DNA of 63,646 nt, counting the filler, from Reclinomonas americana ATCC 50394 (Eukaryota), in NCBI GenBank assembly GCA_048213135.1. It is 9 parts of 6 records of this genome, joined end to end, with 100 filler letters (N's around TTAATTAATTAA, not from the genome) between each part and the next. Parts side by side here need not be neighbours in the genome. Positions count along the whole stretch, not along the records: positions 1 to 29,355 come from PS015077.1; positions 29,456 to 47,399 come from PS015077.1; 7 more parts are not named here. One strand, given 5' to 3'. This document shows, piece by piece, positions 26,811 to 38,054 of the stretch. Made by a program: the position numbers and the translations under genes. The notes below the pieces were generated by a model that saw nothing but the letters and a program-made list of their open reading frames with translations, had not been told where the DNA came from and did not search any database. Within the stretch, counting starts at the first letter, position 1. Every line of letters begins with the position of its first letter.

Positions 26811-27104
26811 TCAAGCGCGCACTGCCGGCGACACCACGCGGCGGACAGGAGCCGAGCCGTGCGGCGTGCCCTTGCCGTGCACGGCCACAGGCGAGGGGGT
26901 GGCTGAGGCAGCAGCAGCGAGGCGCAGGCGAGCCTCCTCACGACCACGCTTGTCCGACAAGCAGAACTTGGCCATGCAGAGATCACCGACCTCGTCGAGT
27001 GCCGCCAGGGCCTCGTCCAAAATCTCGCGCGTGTGTGCCGCCGAGATGCAGAAACGGCATCGGCTCTCCACCACACTGGTCGCCGGGAAGCCGACCACGA
27101 CCAC
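26811..27104 (-). CDS. LCB2: LCB2 C-terminal exon (mis-oriented contig)
   Basis: [32 protein letters not shown] is the conserved LCB2 C-terminal motif. Confidence 0.88.
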   Translation of the reverse strand: MVVVGFPATSVVESRCRFCISAAHTREILDEALAALDEVGDLCMAKFCLSDKRGREEARLRLAAAASATPSPVAVHGKGTPHGSAPVRRVVSPAVRA

Positions 27105-27178
27105 NNNNNNNNNNNNNNNNNNNNGTAGTGGAATTCTGTGTTATGTGAGAAGGAAGAAGTGCATATTGGTTTGATTGT

Positions 27179-28800
27179 TCACTCAGAGCGTCGGGGCCGT
27201 GTGTTGTTTTTTCCCTCTAGAGCAGACTGTGCAGCTCGTGCTCTCCGTCGGCGTGGTGCGATCTCCGGAAGCGTCGAGTCACCACCATTCGTTGCTCCTG
27301 CTGTTGCTGACAAACTTCGCTTTCGCGCGGCCGCTTCCGCCCCGACACGAGCTTCTTGCGCTTGTTGGCAGTGGCCGTCACCACTTCGGCGCTCTCGTCG
27401 GCGTCCAGCCAGCAATCGACGCTCCAGTCGTCGTGCACTGTGGTCACATGACCGTCGCCCGTCTGCAGCGAGTTGAGCCAATGCTGGATGGCGGTGGTGC
27501 GGCTGGCGGCCGGCAAAGGAGAGGCGTAGGAGGAGGTGGTGGTCGTGGTGGTGGAAGAGGTGAAGGTGGTGAGTGTGGTCGTCTCGCTGCACAGGGCTGC
27601 TGCTGGTTGTGGTGGTGGTGGTGGTGGTGGCGGGGGAGCCACCATGTGCGCCATCAGCGTACACTGGATCGCCTGCACTGCCTCGCCCAACAGCGCCGTC
27701 AGGCGGCGCTCGGTTGCTTTTTGTGCCGCCTCGGCCATGGCGATGAGCGGCTGGCGAAGCTGGCGCACAAGCTGGTTGCACAAGTCGTGCGTGTCCACGG
27801 TCGGCGGGGCGGGTGGCGGTGGCGGCGGGAGAGGTGGCAACAGCAGCGGCGGCACCTCCCGGACGATACTCATCTGTGCGGTGTCGTGCACGGGTGTTAT
27901 GGTGGAAGGCTTCTACTACTGGCCTGCTCTGCCATGCACAACATACCTCCTCGCGCAGCGTCTGCGTCAACTGCGTGGCGATGCCGCCCATTTGGCTGCG
28001 CACAGTTTCGTGCATCACCTTCCAGCCCTTCCTGTACGACGCCAGCTGCGTCTCCAGCGTCTTGATTGACTCGGTCAGCTCCGATGGAACCACGTGTTCA
28101 GTCGGCGGTGCACTCGGTGGAGTTTGCAGGGACGAGTTCACGGTATCGTGCAGGTGCTCGAGTGCGCTGGAGACTCGTGCCGACAGCGCCCCAGATGTCT
28201 CGTTCATCTTCTCGTCCACCTTGTCCAGGTGCTGTCGGAGCACTGCGCTCGTACGATGGTATGAGTAAGTCGCCGCGCGCGCGCGCAATGTCGTGCAAAA
28301 AAAAAACAGGAATGGAGTAACTGTGTTCAAGGGGCTGCAAATCCACAACTGGCGGTGGTGGTGGCGGTGGCGGCGGCGGTGGTGGCGGTGGCGGCGGCGG
28401 TGGCGGCGGTGGTGGCGGCTGGGCGACAACTTCCGTTTGCGTCATGTAGACGGGTTGCTGACTGCTGCTGTAGTGGTGATGGTGATACGGTCCGACTTCA
28501 TGCTGCACCAGGGTAGGACGTCGCTGCGTGCGTGCCACATGATACGCCGCCGTGGGCGCCGGCAACAGGACCGGCGACATGGCGGCCGACTGCGACGCCG
28601 TGTACTCATCGTCGACCTCCTCACTGTCGGCCTGACTGGCCTGTGTCAGTGTGCAGCCTCCCGAACCCTGCGTCATGTATTGCACCCCGGGGCCAGTGGT
28701 ATAGACCAGCATCGGCACCGCCTGCCGGTGCATGTGCACTGGCGGCGGTCTTGACAGTGATATTGGGACCCCAATTGAAGTGAGTCGTGGATTCAACAAG
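27179..28800 (-). CDS. Pro-rich / coiled-coil protein of unknown function; boundaries approximate
   Basis: Long open minus-strand frames with poly-Pro and helical segments (LRQHLDKVDEKMNE, IKTLETQLASY) and intron-like breaks. Confidence 0.4.
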
Positions 28801-29399
28801 TCGACGGAAACCAATCGAGGATAGAGGAGTGCAAGCAAGAACTCACCGTTCGCGCGCTGCCTTGGCGGTGCGAAGTAGGTCGCCGAGTGATGGACCGCTC
28901 CCACTGGTTCCGCCCGAGTGTTTTTTCCGCAGCATGAGTGTTGGTGTTGACAGTGTGCTCTCTCGCTCGCGAAATGAAACAATACAAATGATAGTTTTGG
29001 TTGGTCGGTGCGGATTGGCTGCGGGCGAGCGAAGGTGTTCTGAGCGCGCTGCGCAAAAGGAAGAGGATGGCGATGGTGACTTGCAGCGGTCGGAGCACGA
29101 GAGAACTGTCTGCGCCCGATCATGGTTGACAAAGAACCACAGCCAGTTTTGGATCGATGTCTTTGGTTTGCAGCTGCGCTAGTGCTGTTGCAGGTGACGC
29201 ACTCCCCGCGAGTCGCTGTACATGTCGGGCAGACGTCTGGCAGTGGGGGTGAAGTACGCTGAGGAGTAAATACGAGGGCAGCTCTCTCTCTCTCTCTTTC
29301 ACTCTCATTCTGTCTCCGTCTCTCTCTCTATGTCTCTCCATCTCTCTCTCTCTCTNNNNNNNNNNNNNNNNNNNNNNNNNNNNNNNNNNNNNNNNNNNN

Positions 29400-29411
29400 T
29401 TAATTAATTAA
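29400..29411. other. Artificial scaffold linker TTAATTAATTAA (also at 47444, 51737, 54615, 56463, 58134, 60435, 62393)
   Basis: Identical 12-mer with stops in all six frames, always embedded in N runs. Confidence 0.97.
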
Positions 29412-29455
29412 NNNNNNNNNNNNNNNNNNNNNNNNNNNNNNNNNNNNNNNNNNNN

Positions 29456-29879
29456 CGACATTCCGCGTGAGCAGTTTGTGAAGAAGCCGCGGCTGTACTT
29501 CCCCATTGAGATTGATTATGGACAGGAAGACGGTTTGTGGCCGTGCATCTGTGCGAGGTCTCCTCTTTGTCGCTTCCCTTTCTCACAATGACGCTGCTGT
29601 AGATGCTATTCGCGATCTGGCGAAGCAAGCTTCCGAGACGAGTGTGCGCTGCCGCATCCCGCAACGCGTGCAGCGACTGATCTCGCTCATCTTCAACAAA
29701 GACCTCATGCGCTCGTCGCTGCTGGAGATGGAGATCGACGTGGAGAAGATGCCGCTCGGCAAGCTCACCAAGCGACACGTGCAGTCGGATACGAGGTGCT
29801 CACCCGCCTGCAAGACATTCTGAAGGATCCGCCGTCCGTGCAGCGCCACGCTCGCATCATCGAGGCCAGCAACGTTGCG
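29456..29879 (+). CDS. PARP1: PARP1 WGR-end/regulatory-domain exons on a mis-oriented contig
   Basis: FVKKPRLYFPIEIDYG; VQRLISLIFNKDLMRSSLLEMEIDVEKMPLGKLTKRHVQSGYEVL...ASN. Confidence 0.85.
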
Positions 29880-30435
29880 NNNNNNNNNNNNNNNNNNNNN
29901 NNNNNNNNNNNNNNNNNNNNNNNNNNNNNNNNNNNNNNNNNNNNNNNNNNNNNNNNNNNNNNNNNNNNNNNNNNNNNNNNNNNNNNNNNNNNNNNNNNNN
30001 NNNNNNNNNNNNNNNNNNNNNNNNNNNNNNNNNNNNNNNNNNNNNNNNNNNNNNNNNNNNNNNNNNNNNNNNNNNNNNNNNNNNNNNNNNNNNNNNNNNN
30101 NNNNNNNNNNNNNNNNNNNNNNNNNNNNNNNNNNNNNNNNNNNNNNNNNNNNNNNNNNNNNNNNNNNNNNNNNNNNNNNNNNNNNNNNNNNNNNNNNNNN
30201 NNNNNNNNNNNNNNNNNNNNNNNNNNNNNNNNNNNNNNNNNNNNNNNNNNNNNNNNNNNNNNNNNNNNNNNNNNNNNNNNNNNNNNNNNNNNNNNNNNNN
30301 NNNNNNNNNNNNNNNNNNNNNNNNNNNNNNNNNNNNNNNNNNNNNNNNNNNNNNNNNNNNNNNNNNNNNNNNNNNNNNNNNNNNNNNNNNNNNNNNNNNN
30401 NNNNNNNNNNNNNNNNNNNNNNNNNNNNNNNNNNN

Positions 30436-32590
30436 AAACGATTGCCGGACTTCTCCTGGTACTGGGCCAGGAAAACATCGATGGCGTCGGCCTTGCTGCC
30501 AAACTCCTCCAGTTTGGAGTCGCCGCGATCGGTACCGACACGGCCCCACTTGCGCCACACAAACTGCCACCAGCGACAAACTCAGCGCACGGAGGGAAGG
30601 AGAGAGACACAGAGATGAATCACATGCCACCACGCACCCAGCCGCGGCCATTGTCGAGCTCAATCACTTGCAGAATGTAGTACTTGTTCTGGTTCGTGGC
30701 CAGGTCGGTCATGGTCATCGTCGCGTTGTAGATGGTGCCGCTGTCGTTCAGGATGTGAGCCTTGTCATCCTGTCGAAAACACAAACGGTGAGTCACACTC
30801 ATCGCCAACACACGGCACAGGCGCGACAGCCAGCCAGCGTACCAGTCCCGAGTCGGGGTCGACGGCACTGAGTCCCTTGACCTTCAGCTTGCGCGTGCCA
30901 CTCGACGAACCCAGGTCGTCACCGAGTTTGCGGCCGGCGGTGGTCATCTGCACGGCACACACGCTCGGAGTGAGCGGGGGGAGGGTGGGTTGTTCGTTGA
31001 TGAATACGCGTCTCACGCAACAATGCCCGGCACGGCTGACCCGTCCTCCTCCTTGAACTCGTTCAGCAGGTAGGTGGCGACAGGCAGACGCTTGCCCTCC
31101 TTCTCGCACTCATCGAGGTACGACTCGTTCACGATGGGCAGGTTGCAGCGGATGGCGTCCTTGATCTTGCCGCTGCGCGCAGCGTACTCCTTGGCTGTGG
31201 CGATGACAAAATTGACGCTGGTGCTGATGGATGCCGACACGGTGCCACCCAGCGCCGAGATGCGCTCGATGATTGCCGACTGATTCGTACTGAGACGACC
31301 GGCAAGCGCGATTGTCTTGTTGGCAAACGGCTTGCCGTCGACCTCCATCTCCGTCGCCGGATCCACCTGTTCGAGGAGTAATGTGAGCAGGCAGCGATGC
31401 ATCGAAAAAGTACAAACCACAATCGTCACCTTCATGACGGCTCCGCTCGCCGCCTGCTTGCGCTTGAGCGAGGCTGCCGCCGTCGGGTCGACGACACGAG
31501 CGTGCTTCTTGAACTTCCACTTGTCGAAAAAGTCCAGCTCACGGTACTGGCTCGGCACCTGGAAGGCGTTGACCTTGATCTCGTCGGCAGAGATGGAGTA
31601 CGTGCACTTGGTCCACCCATTCAGGTTGCTCGTGCACTTGTACTCGCCATCGGCCTCGAATTTCTGCACCACACACATGAGCGGGAGGAGGAGAAGAAGA
31701 CGAGGAAGAGGCAAGAAGCGATGCACCATGCGGCCGCTCTTGTCGCAGTCCATGGGGCACGGCGGCGGCACACCAAAATACATGGCATCGGCACAGCGAT
31801 CAATCAGACGCTGCTGGCCACCTGCACGCCAGACAACCAGCATTCGGTGGAAAAACCACACAAATGGATACCAGCTTGTGCACACATACCATGCGTCGGC
31901 AAATCGTTCTCCTCCAACAGCGCGCGCAGCATCGAGTTATCGGTGTGCTGCTTCAGACTGTCCTTGAGCGCCCACAGCCCCTCATTCTGCGCCACCAGCT
32001 TCTTCTCGTACGTCGTCATCTTGGTCTCCGCCGCCGCCGCTCCCTTCTTCACCGTCGGCGCCTCCTCGGCCTCCGCATCAGCCGCTCGCTTCGCCCCACG
32101 CTTACCGGCCTTGCCCTTCTTCTTCTTCTCTCCATCGCCATCATCTCCCGCAGCCGCAGCTGCAGCAGCAACAGGCGCACCAGTGGTATCAATTCCCAGT
32201 TGCTGACGGATCTTTTGCTGATCATCCCAGCGCAACGACGCAAAGCCTGTTCGTTGTTGCTGTTCTCTCAGTCACAAGTACAAAGCAATGATGTAATCAC
32301 TTGACATGCACCATCAATGTTGGCCACATCGCCGAGTCCAAACGGGTTCTTGCGACGGAAGAAGCAGCGGTAGTGGTGCCACTGCGGGTACATGCCATCA
32401 AAGTTGGCTGCTTGCACCATGCGACCCACGCGCAACTCGTCCTTTTCAATCTTGTCACCACACGTCTACACAACACACCACACAATGTGAAGAGTGTGTG
32501 CGCACAAGAGATGCAGGCACGTGAGGGGGATACCTTGCAGCCTGCGCGGCTGCTGGCGGCATAGTCGACTTTGAACGGCAACGTGGCCAT
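30436..32590 (-). CDS. PARP1: Poly(ADP-ribose) polymerase 1: zf-PARP, PADR1, BRCT, WGR; catalytic domain not in the window
   Basis: VDYAASSRAGCK|TCGDKIEKDELR...WHHYRC; LRWDDQQKI; CADAMYFG...CP...YKCTSNLNGWTKC; BRCT IALAGRL...LGGTV; NKYYILQV...WRKWGRVG. Confidence 0.93.
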
Positions 32591-32802
32591 TGCGCATAAA
32601 AGAGTGACGGAAAAAATGTTGACTGGGGTCGACATCGACCTCGAACACTGTGCTTGCGAAGTTTGCATGCAGCATCATACGCCCCGTGCATGCAGTTGCG
32701 AAAAGAGTGCAAGAGCGCTTGTTACACACTACCCCTGCATCACTGCTTATTATGCATGGTCGACGTTCAGTGCAATTGCAGGACGACAACGTTAACGTTG
32801 CA

Positions 32803-35401
32803 ATGGCCTCCTCTGCGCTTGCACCACTGCCTGCCAACCCCACGCTGTTTGAGGTATCTCTCCTTCTCTCTCACACACTCTCACTCTTTCTCATGCCCTC
32901 TCTTGTGCGCACAGATCAATGCTCGACCGTACTTGTATCAGCAACTCGGTGGCGATGGGCACACACTGGCCGACTTTCCCGACGAAGAGCTGCAGGCATT
33001 GCGTTGCGTATCACTGACTCTCTCTCTCTCTCTCTCTCTCCCTTTCTTTCAGTCACTCACTCCTGCGCGTTTTGCAGGCGATCGCGGTGTGGATGTGATC
33101 TGGTTGATGGGCGTGTGGCAGACGGGTGTGCTGGGCTTGCATCGCTCCACCGACCCCAGCTTGCGCAAAGGTCGGTGACACACACACATGCAATTCCACT
33201 CTCATTGTTGTCTGTCATTCAATTTCGTTTGTTTGTTTCCGGCGTCTTGCTTTGAAGGCTATGGCGAGCTGCTTCCCGATTATCGCATGCCTGACATTGT
33301 CGGGTCGCCGTTTGCAATCACCGAGTACCATCTGCATGCGGTGTTTGGGAGTGAGGAGGATCTGTTGTCGCTGAAACGGCGCATCAATGCACTGGGCATG
33401 GTTGGTGTCTGTGTGTGTCTTGACTGCTGCTGCTGCTGAGTTGCTGGAGTGCAGCATCTGTGGCTCGACTTTGTGCCGAATCACGCCGCCATTGATTGCC
33501 CACTGGTCGATTCGCATCCCGAGTGTTGCGTGCTCTCGTGAGCGTGCGAGGAAGCGATCTGTAACTCTTTTTGCTGCGGCGTGCAGACTTTGTGCGTGCA
33601 CCAGCCCACTTGGAGGAACCGTGCGTGGTGCAGTGCTGATGCGCATGCGGTCGAGCGTCACTCTTTCTCATGTTTGTTGCTCTCTCAGTTTCGATCCGGA
33701 GCAGTACTTGCCGAACGGTGTTGCGTATGGCAAGGACCCGTACTCGGGATCATGGACGTGCGTTGTGTCGCGAGTGCGCTCTCTGTGCTTGCTTGATGCC
33801 AACTGTTGCAATAGTGATACGGCGCAGTGGAACTACTGGAACGAAGACGCGCGACGGGAGCAGCTGCACAACCTGCTTCGTGTGGCCACCCTGTGCGATG
33901 TGCGTGGCAGCGCGTAATGTGTCTGCTTTGCACGAAAGCTGACTTGTTGGCGATGCAGGGAGTGCGTTGCGACATGGCCATGCTGCTCCTCAACGATGTG
34001 ATTCAGCAGGTGCTGTGCGCGTGTGTTTGTTGCTCCTCTGTGCACGCCGTGTGTCTGACACGAATCGCAGACGTGGGGCGACAACCTGCACAGCTGGGGA
34101 TGTGCGCGCGCCCCCCTCCTCTTCTCTCCCTTCTCTCCCTGTTGTGTCTCTCTCACGCCTTCTTCTTCTTTGTGCTCGTTGGTAGACAAGCGACCGGCGG
34201 AGGAGTGGTGGGGCACGGCAGTGGCTGAAGTCAAGCGCGCTCATCCGCACTTCAAGTTCATGGTGTGTGTCTTTTTCGCCCGACGACGCCAGTGCCTTTC
34301 CCCCATGTTGATGAGTGTCTGCCGCAGGCCGAGGTCTACTGGGGCAAGGACGCACAGCTGCAGGAGCTGGGATTCGACTTTACGTACGACAAGGTGCGAG
34401 TGGGTGATGTTGGTGACGGTGGTCGTGCGACGTTTCAACCTTGTGTGAACAGGAACTGTACGACCGTCTCTCTGGCGGCGACATTCGTCGCATCATGGAG
34501 CATTTGGAGCTGTGTCCGCGTCCATTCTTGTCGCGCTCCGCCCACTGTTGCGTGAGAGCTTGTCGTGGAACGGCCGACTGTTCGCGTGCCGCTGACTCAG
34601 ACGTGCGTGTGTCGCAGTCGTGGAGAACCACGATGAGTCGCGTGCTGCGCGCCACTTTCACTCTCACGAGCGCGCCAATGCTGCTGCCGTCGTCAGCTAC
34701 GCTGTTCCTGGGTGAGTGGGCAGTGCTTTCTCGCAGTCGTGCTTTCCTTAACGTTTATTTCATTTCGTTGCCAGATTGCGTTTCCACTACGCTGGCCAAG
34801 TTGCGTTGCACCCATCCCTTTAACTCCGTCTTTCTCCACCCGCTAACTCGCTACGCCCTGCCTCATCAGTGGGAGGGTCGTTTGCGGCGTCCGAGTGTGC
34901 ATATGAGGTGCAGTGCAGCCTGCCTCTCGCAGCACCTTCACCCTTTTCTTCGCTCAATTTCTATGTGCAATGCAGGAGGGCCCACCACGAAGAGCCGCAC
35001 AAGCCGACAGCGGCGTTTTACGAGTCCCTCCTGCACGTCATGAATCACGAGGTGTTCCGTGACGGCCAGTGGAGCATATTGCAGGCCACCAACTCGAGTT
35101 GCGTGATGCTCGACAGAAAGGAGATTTCTCATGCGCCACTCAACACCACACTGCAGGTCTGTCGTGGCGTCTGCTGGTGTTCCACTGGACGCTGCGCGAC
35201 GAGCGGCGCGTCGTCGTTGTCAACTACACCGATGCTGAGGGCAACGGCTCGGTGCGCCTCGCCGACGCACCGGGCGACGGCGAGATCGCAGTCACCGAGC
35301 TCCTCACGCACGCCGTGTACATGCGAGACGCACACACCATGCGTGACAGTGGCCTGTTTGTGCTCTTGCCCGCGTGGGCGGTGCAGATATTCAAGTACTG
35401 A
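32803..35401 (+). CDS. GH13 alpha-amylase-family glycosidase, many short introns
   Basis: LFE|INAR, DVIWLMGVW, GSPFAITEY, LDFVPNH, DGVRCDMAML (catalytic Asp), AEVYW (Glu), FVENHDE (Asp); stop TGA at 35399-35401. Confidence 0.9.
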
Positions 35402-35477
35402 ACGTAGTAGCAGTAGGATGGTGCTACGCTTGTACATTTTTTCTCTGTTCCACACTANNNNNNNNNNNNNNNNNNNN

Positions 35478-36420
35478 AAATACACGGCGCCACGGCACTC
35501 CGTCGCGCATCCACTCGGCAGTCGGTCGCCCACTAGCGTGCGTATCACGCATTGGTGGAGGTTCAGTCATTGAGCCGCCGCGGTACTCACGCCAGATGGC
35601 CAACATGGCCGCCGGCGTCAACCCGAGAATGCCCGACAGTTGTTCCAGCAGAGCAGTCACGCGCTGCGTACCACTCGCCGACGGGAAGCGGATCTGCATG
35701 TCCAACGCAGTGCTGTCAGTGTCAGAGCACAGCACATGGCTGCATACGTGTGAGACAAGATGCAGACCTGGTCCTGAAAGTTCTGTGCGAGAATGATGAG
35801 CTCGGCCTCCAGTCCCGCCTCCTCCAGCACCCGCGGTGAGAACTCCTGCTGCAGCTCCGCGTCGCACAGGATCGAATGCAGCAGCGCATAGTCTCGCTTC
35901 CGACTGTGCGCACACACCGTGAACAACAACAACAACAACCAACCATGCAAGGACGGAGACAATCGCCAACCTGAGCGTCGAGAAGGCCTCCAGTCGGGCC
36001 GCCTTATCGCGACCATGCCTAGCCATCTGCATCATCGCAGCCGTGCGCGGAGTGCGTGGGGTGGTGGCTGCCGCACGAGGCGTAGTCGGCGTAGATGCCA
36101 GTGCCGATGGCGCCACTCCGCGACCAATCAAGCGGAAGAATGCACGTGCCGCCTGTGATCACCCATCGACAGTCACGCCCGATGCACAGATAGAGAGCGA
36201 GGGAGGAAGAGACATGCACACACACACACACCTCAATCTGCGCCAGGCACACATGGTTCCAGAACGCCGACCGCTCGGCCTCGGCCACCGCACTGCCGAA
36301 TCCCTCTCCACTCTCACCCCCCTCACCACCGCGATTGCTGCTGCGCGGAGTCAACAGACTGCCACGTGGCGTCTGCGGACCACCAGGACGCCCTCCACGT
36401 GACAGACTCGGAGGCTCCAT
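35478..36420 (-). CDS. Hypothetical protein, possibly the N-terminus of the ZFYVE26-like gene on a mis-oriented contig
   Basis: ATG 36420, multi-exon, helical content; runs into the gap. Assignment rests on position only. Confidence 0.35.
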
Positions 36421-36654
36421 TAGCTGCAAATGCACGAATGCGCGTGTGCGTGTGTGAGTGTGCGCGTGAAGTCAGACATGCTCACTGACACGCACGCTAT
36501 GCACACGCAGGCACATAGACAGGCGGACAGAGAGACGGAAGGAGAGCATGCATGTCTAAGAGAGACGCAACGATGGCCTCGCGTGTCGGTGAGTGACGAC
36601 GAGTGACAGATTAATGTGTCCCGCGCACGCGTCTCTGTCTCTCTCTCTCCGTCG

Positions 36655-36981
36655 ATGCAGCGCCTGGGCGCCAGCGATGAAGAGGCGCTGGATGAGCTGG
36701 TAGAACGCTGCCTCAACCAGCTCTCTCGCACCGCGTTGCTATGGACGCTCAAGCGCTCAGTCAAGGCGAGCTGTCACGCACACACGCGCACTCTCCCCCC
36801 CGATGCATGTTGTTGTTGACATGCGTGACTGCAGGAGGAGATCATCAAGCCGAAGCACCGACTAGAGGACTTGAGCAGTGTCATACCCAACATCCTGCGC
36901 AACTCTGATCTGGGCCACGCACTGCGCAACAATGTGCAGCGATCGCTGGCCGAGTTGGGATCCGACAGGCATTCCAAAAAG
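36655..36981 (+). CDS. Hypothetical protein fragment
   Basis: Two helical exons (DELVERCLNQLSRTALLWTLKRSVK|EEIIKPKHRLEDL) joined by a probable GC-AG intron. Confidence 0.35.
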
Positions 36982-37066
36982 GTCTTGTCTCTCTCGCCCT
37001 CTCTCTCTCTCGTGCTGTGTGTTGATGTCTGACAGCAAGCANNNNNNNNNNNNNNNNNNNNGCAGG

Positions 37067-37624
37067 TCAGCCGATGATGAATGGAGTGAGAAACGCCACG
37101 ACGCCGCAACCAACCTGCACCTCCATCACGTGTCGCACGCAGTCGGACAACAGCAACATCTCTGGAATGGAAAACGTGTCGCACATGCGAACCACCGTCA
37201 ATGGTGCGAGCAGCGGAAACAGCGAGAGTACGCTCACGAGGCCTTCGCGATCGTCTCTCGCCAACGCCGTGCTCACGCGCTGCACCACCGAGTCAAACAC
37301 GTGCACGTCGGGCTGATGGAAGATGAGCTCGCTGACAAAGCGACCCCACGTTGTGGACAGACTGGCATGCAGCAGCGACGAGTTGCGTAGACGATCGGGT
37401 CGGAACGCCTCAGCCGAGATGGCCGAGCCACACATGTCGGCACTGGTGCCCATGGTCTCCAGCAGCCGTCGCTCCAACAAATACGCTGTAGCAGGCGCCC
37501 GCTGCACCACTCCCTGCAGCAGGTCCGCAAAAAATGACGGTAATGTGGTCGCACTGGCGGCTTCCGGGTCGCCGGGAAATCGAGGCGGCAGCGGTGGCGG
37601 AACACCAGCGAAATCGAGCGAACG
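37067..37624 (-). CDS. Coding fragment on a gap-bounded contig, probably part of the ZFYVE26-like gene, inverted
   Basis: Open helical frame (LLHASLSTTWGRFVSELIFH...LSLFPLLAPL) lying between two N gaps. Confidence 0.4.
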   Translation of the reverse strand, partial: RSLDFAGVPPPLPPRFPGDPEAASATTLPSFFADLLQGVVQRAPATAYLLERRLLETMGTSADMCGSAISAEAFRPDRLRNSSLLHASLSTTWGRFVSELIFHQPDVHVFDSVVQRVSTALARDDREGLVSVLSLFPLLAPLTVVRMCDTFSIPEMLLLSDCVRHVMEVQVGCGVVAFLTPFIIG

Positions 37625-38054
37625 NNNNNNNNNNNNNNNNNNNNNNNNNNNNNNNNNNNNNNNNNNNNNNNNNNNNNNNNNNNNNNNNNNNNNNNNNNNN
37701 NNNNNNNNNNNNNNNNNNNNNNNNNNNNNNNNNNNNNNNNNNNNNNNNNNNNNNNNNNNNNNNNNNNNNNNNNNNNNNNNNNNNNNNNNNNNNNNNNNNN
37801 NNNNNNNNNNNNNNNNNNNNNNNNNNNNNNNNNNNNNNNNNNNNNNNNNNNNNNNNNNNNNNNNNNNNNNNNNNNNNNNNNNNNNNNNNNNNNNNNNNNN
37901 NNNNNNNNNNNNNNNNNNNNNNNNNNNNNNNNNNNNNNNNNNNNNNNNNNNNNNNNNNNNNNNNNNNNNNNNNNNNNNNNNNNNNNNNNNNNNNNNNNNN
38001 NNNNNNNNNNNNNNNNNNNNNNNNNNNNNNNNNNNNNNNNNNNNNNNNNNNNNN

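Noticed and set aside
22629-27104. Apparent gene scrambling or trans-splicing: LCB2, START-like, PARP1 (29456-29879), ZFYVE26 (35478-37624), 11612-11835 and SPEF2 (60491-60931) pieces out of order or on opposite strands
   Set aside because: Every breakpoint coincides with an N gap, and reverse-complementing each contig in place restores collinear genes. This points to a scaffolding orientation artefact; long reads would settle it.
32465-32533. PARP1 first intron donor GTATCCCC as a second U12 intron (likewise GTATCTCT at 32854)
   Set aside because: Deviates from RTATCCTT and no CCTTRAC branch site is visible near the acceptor.
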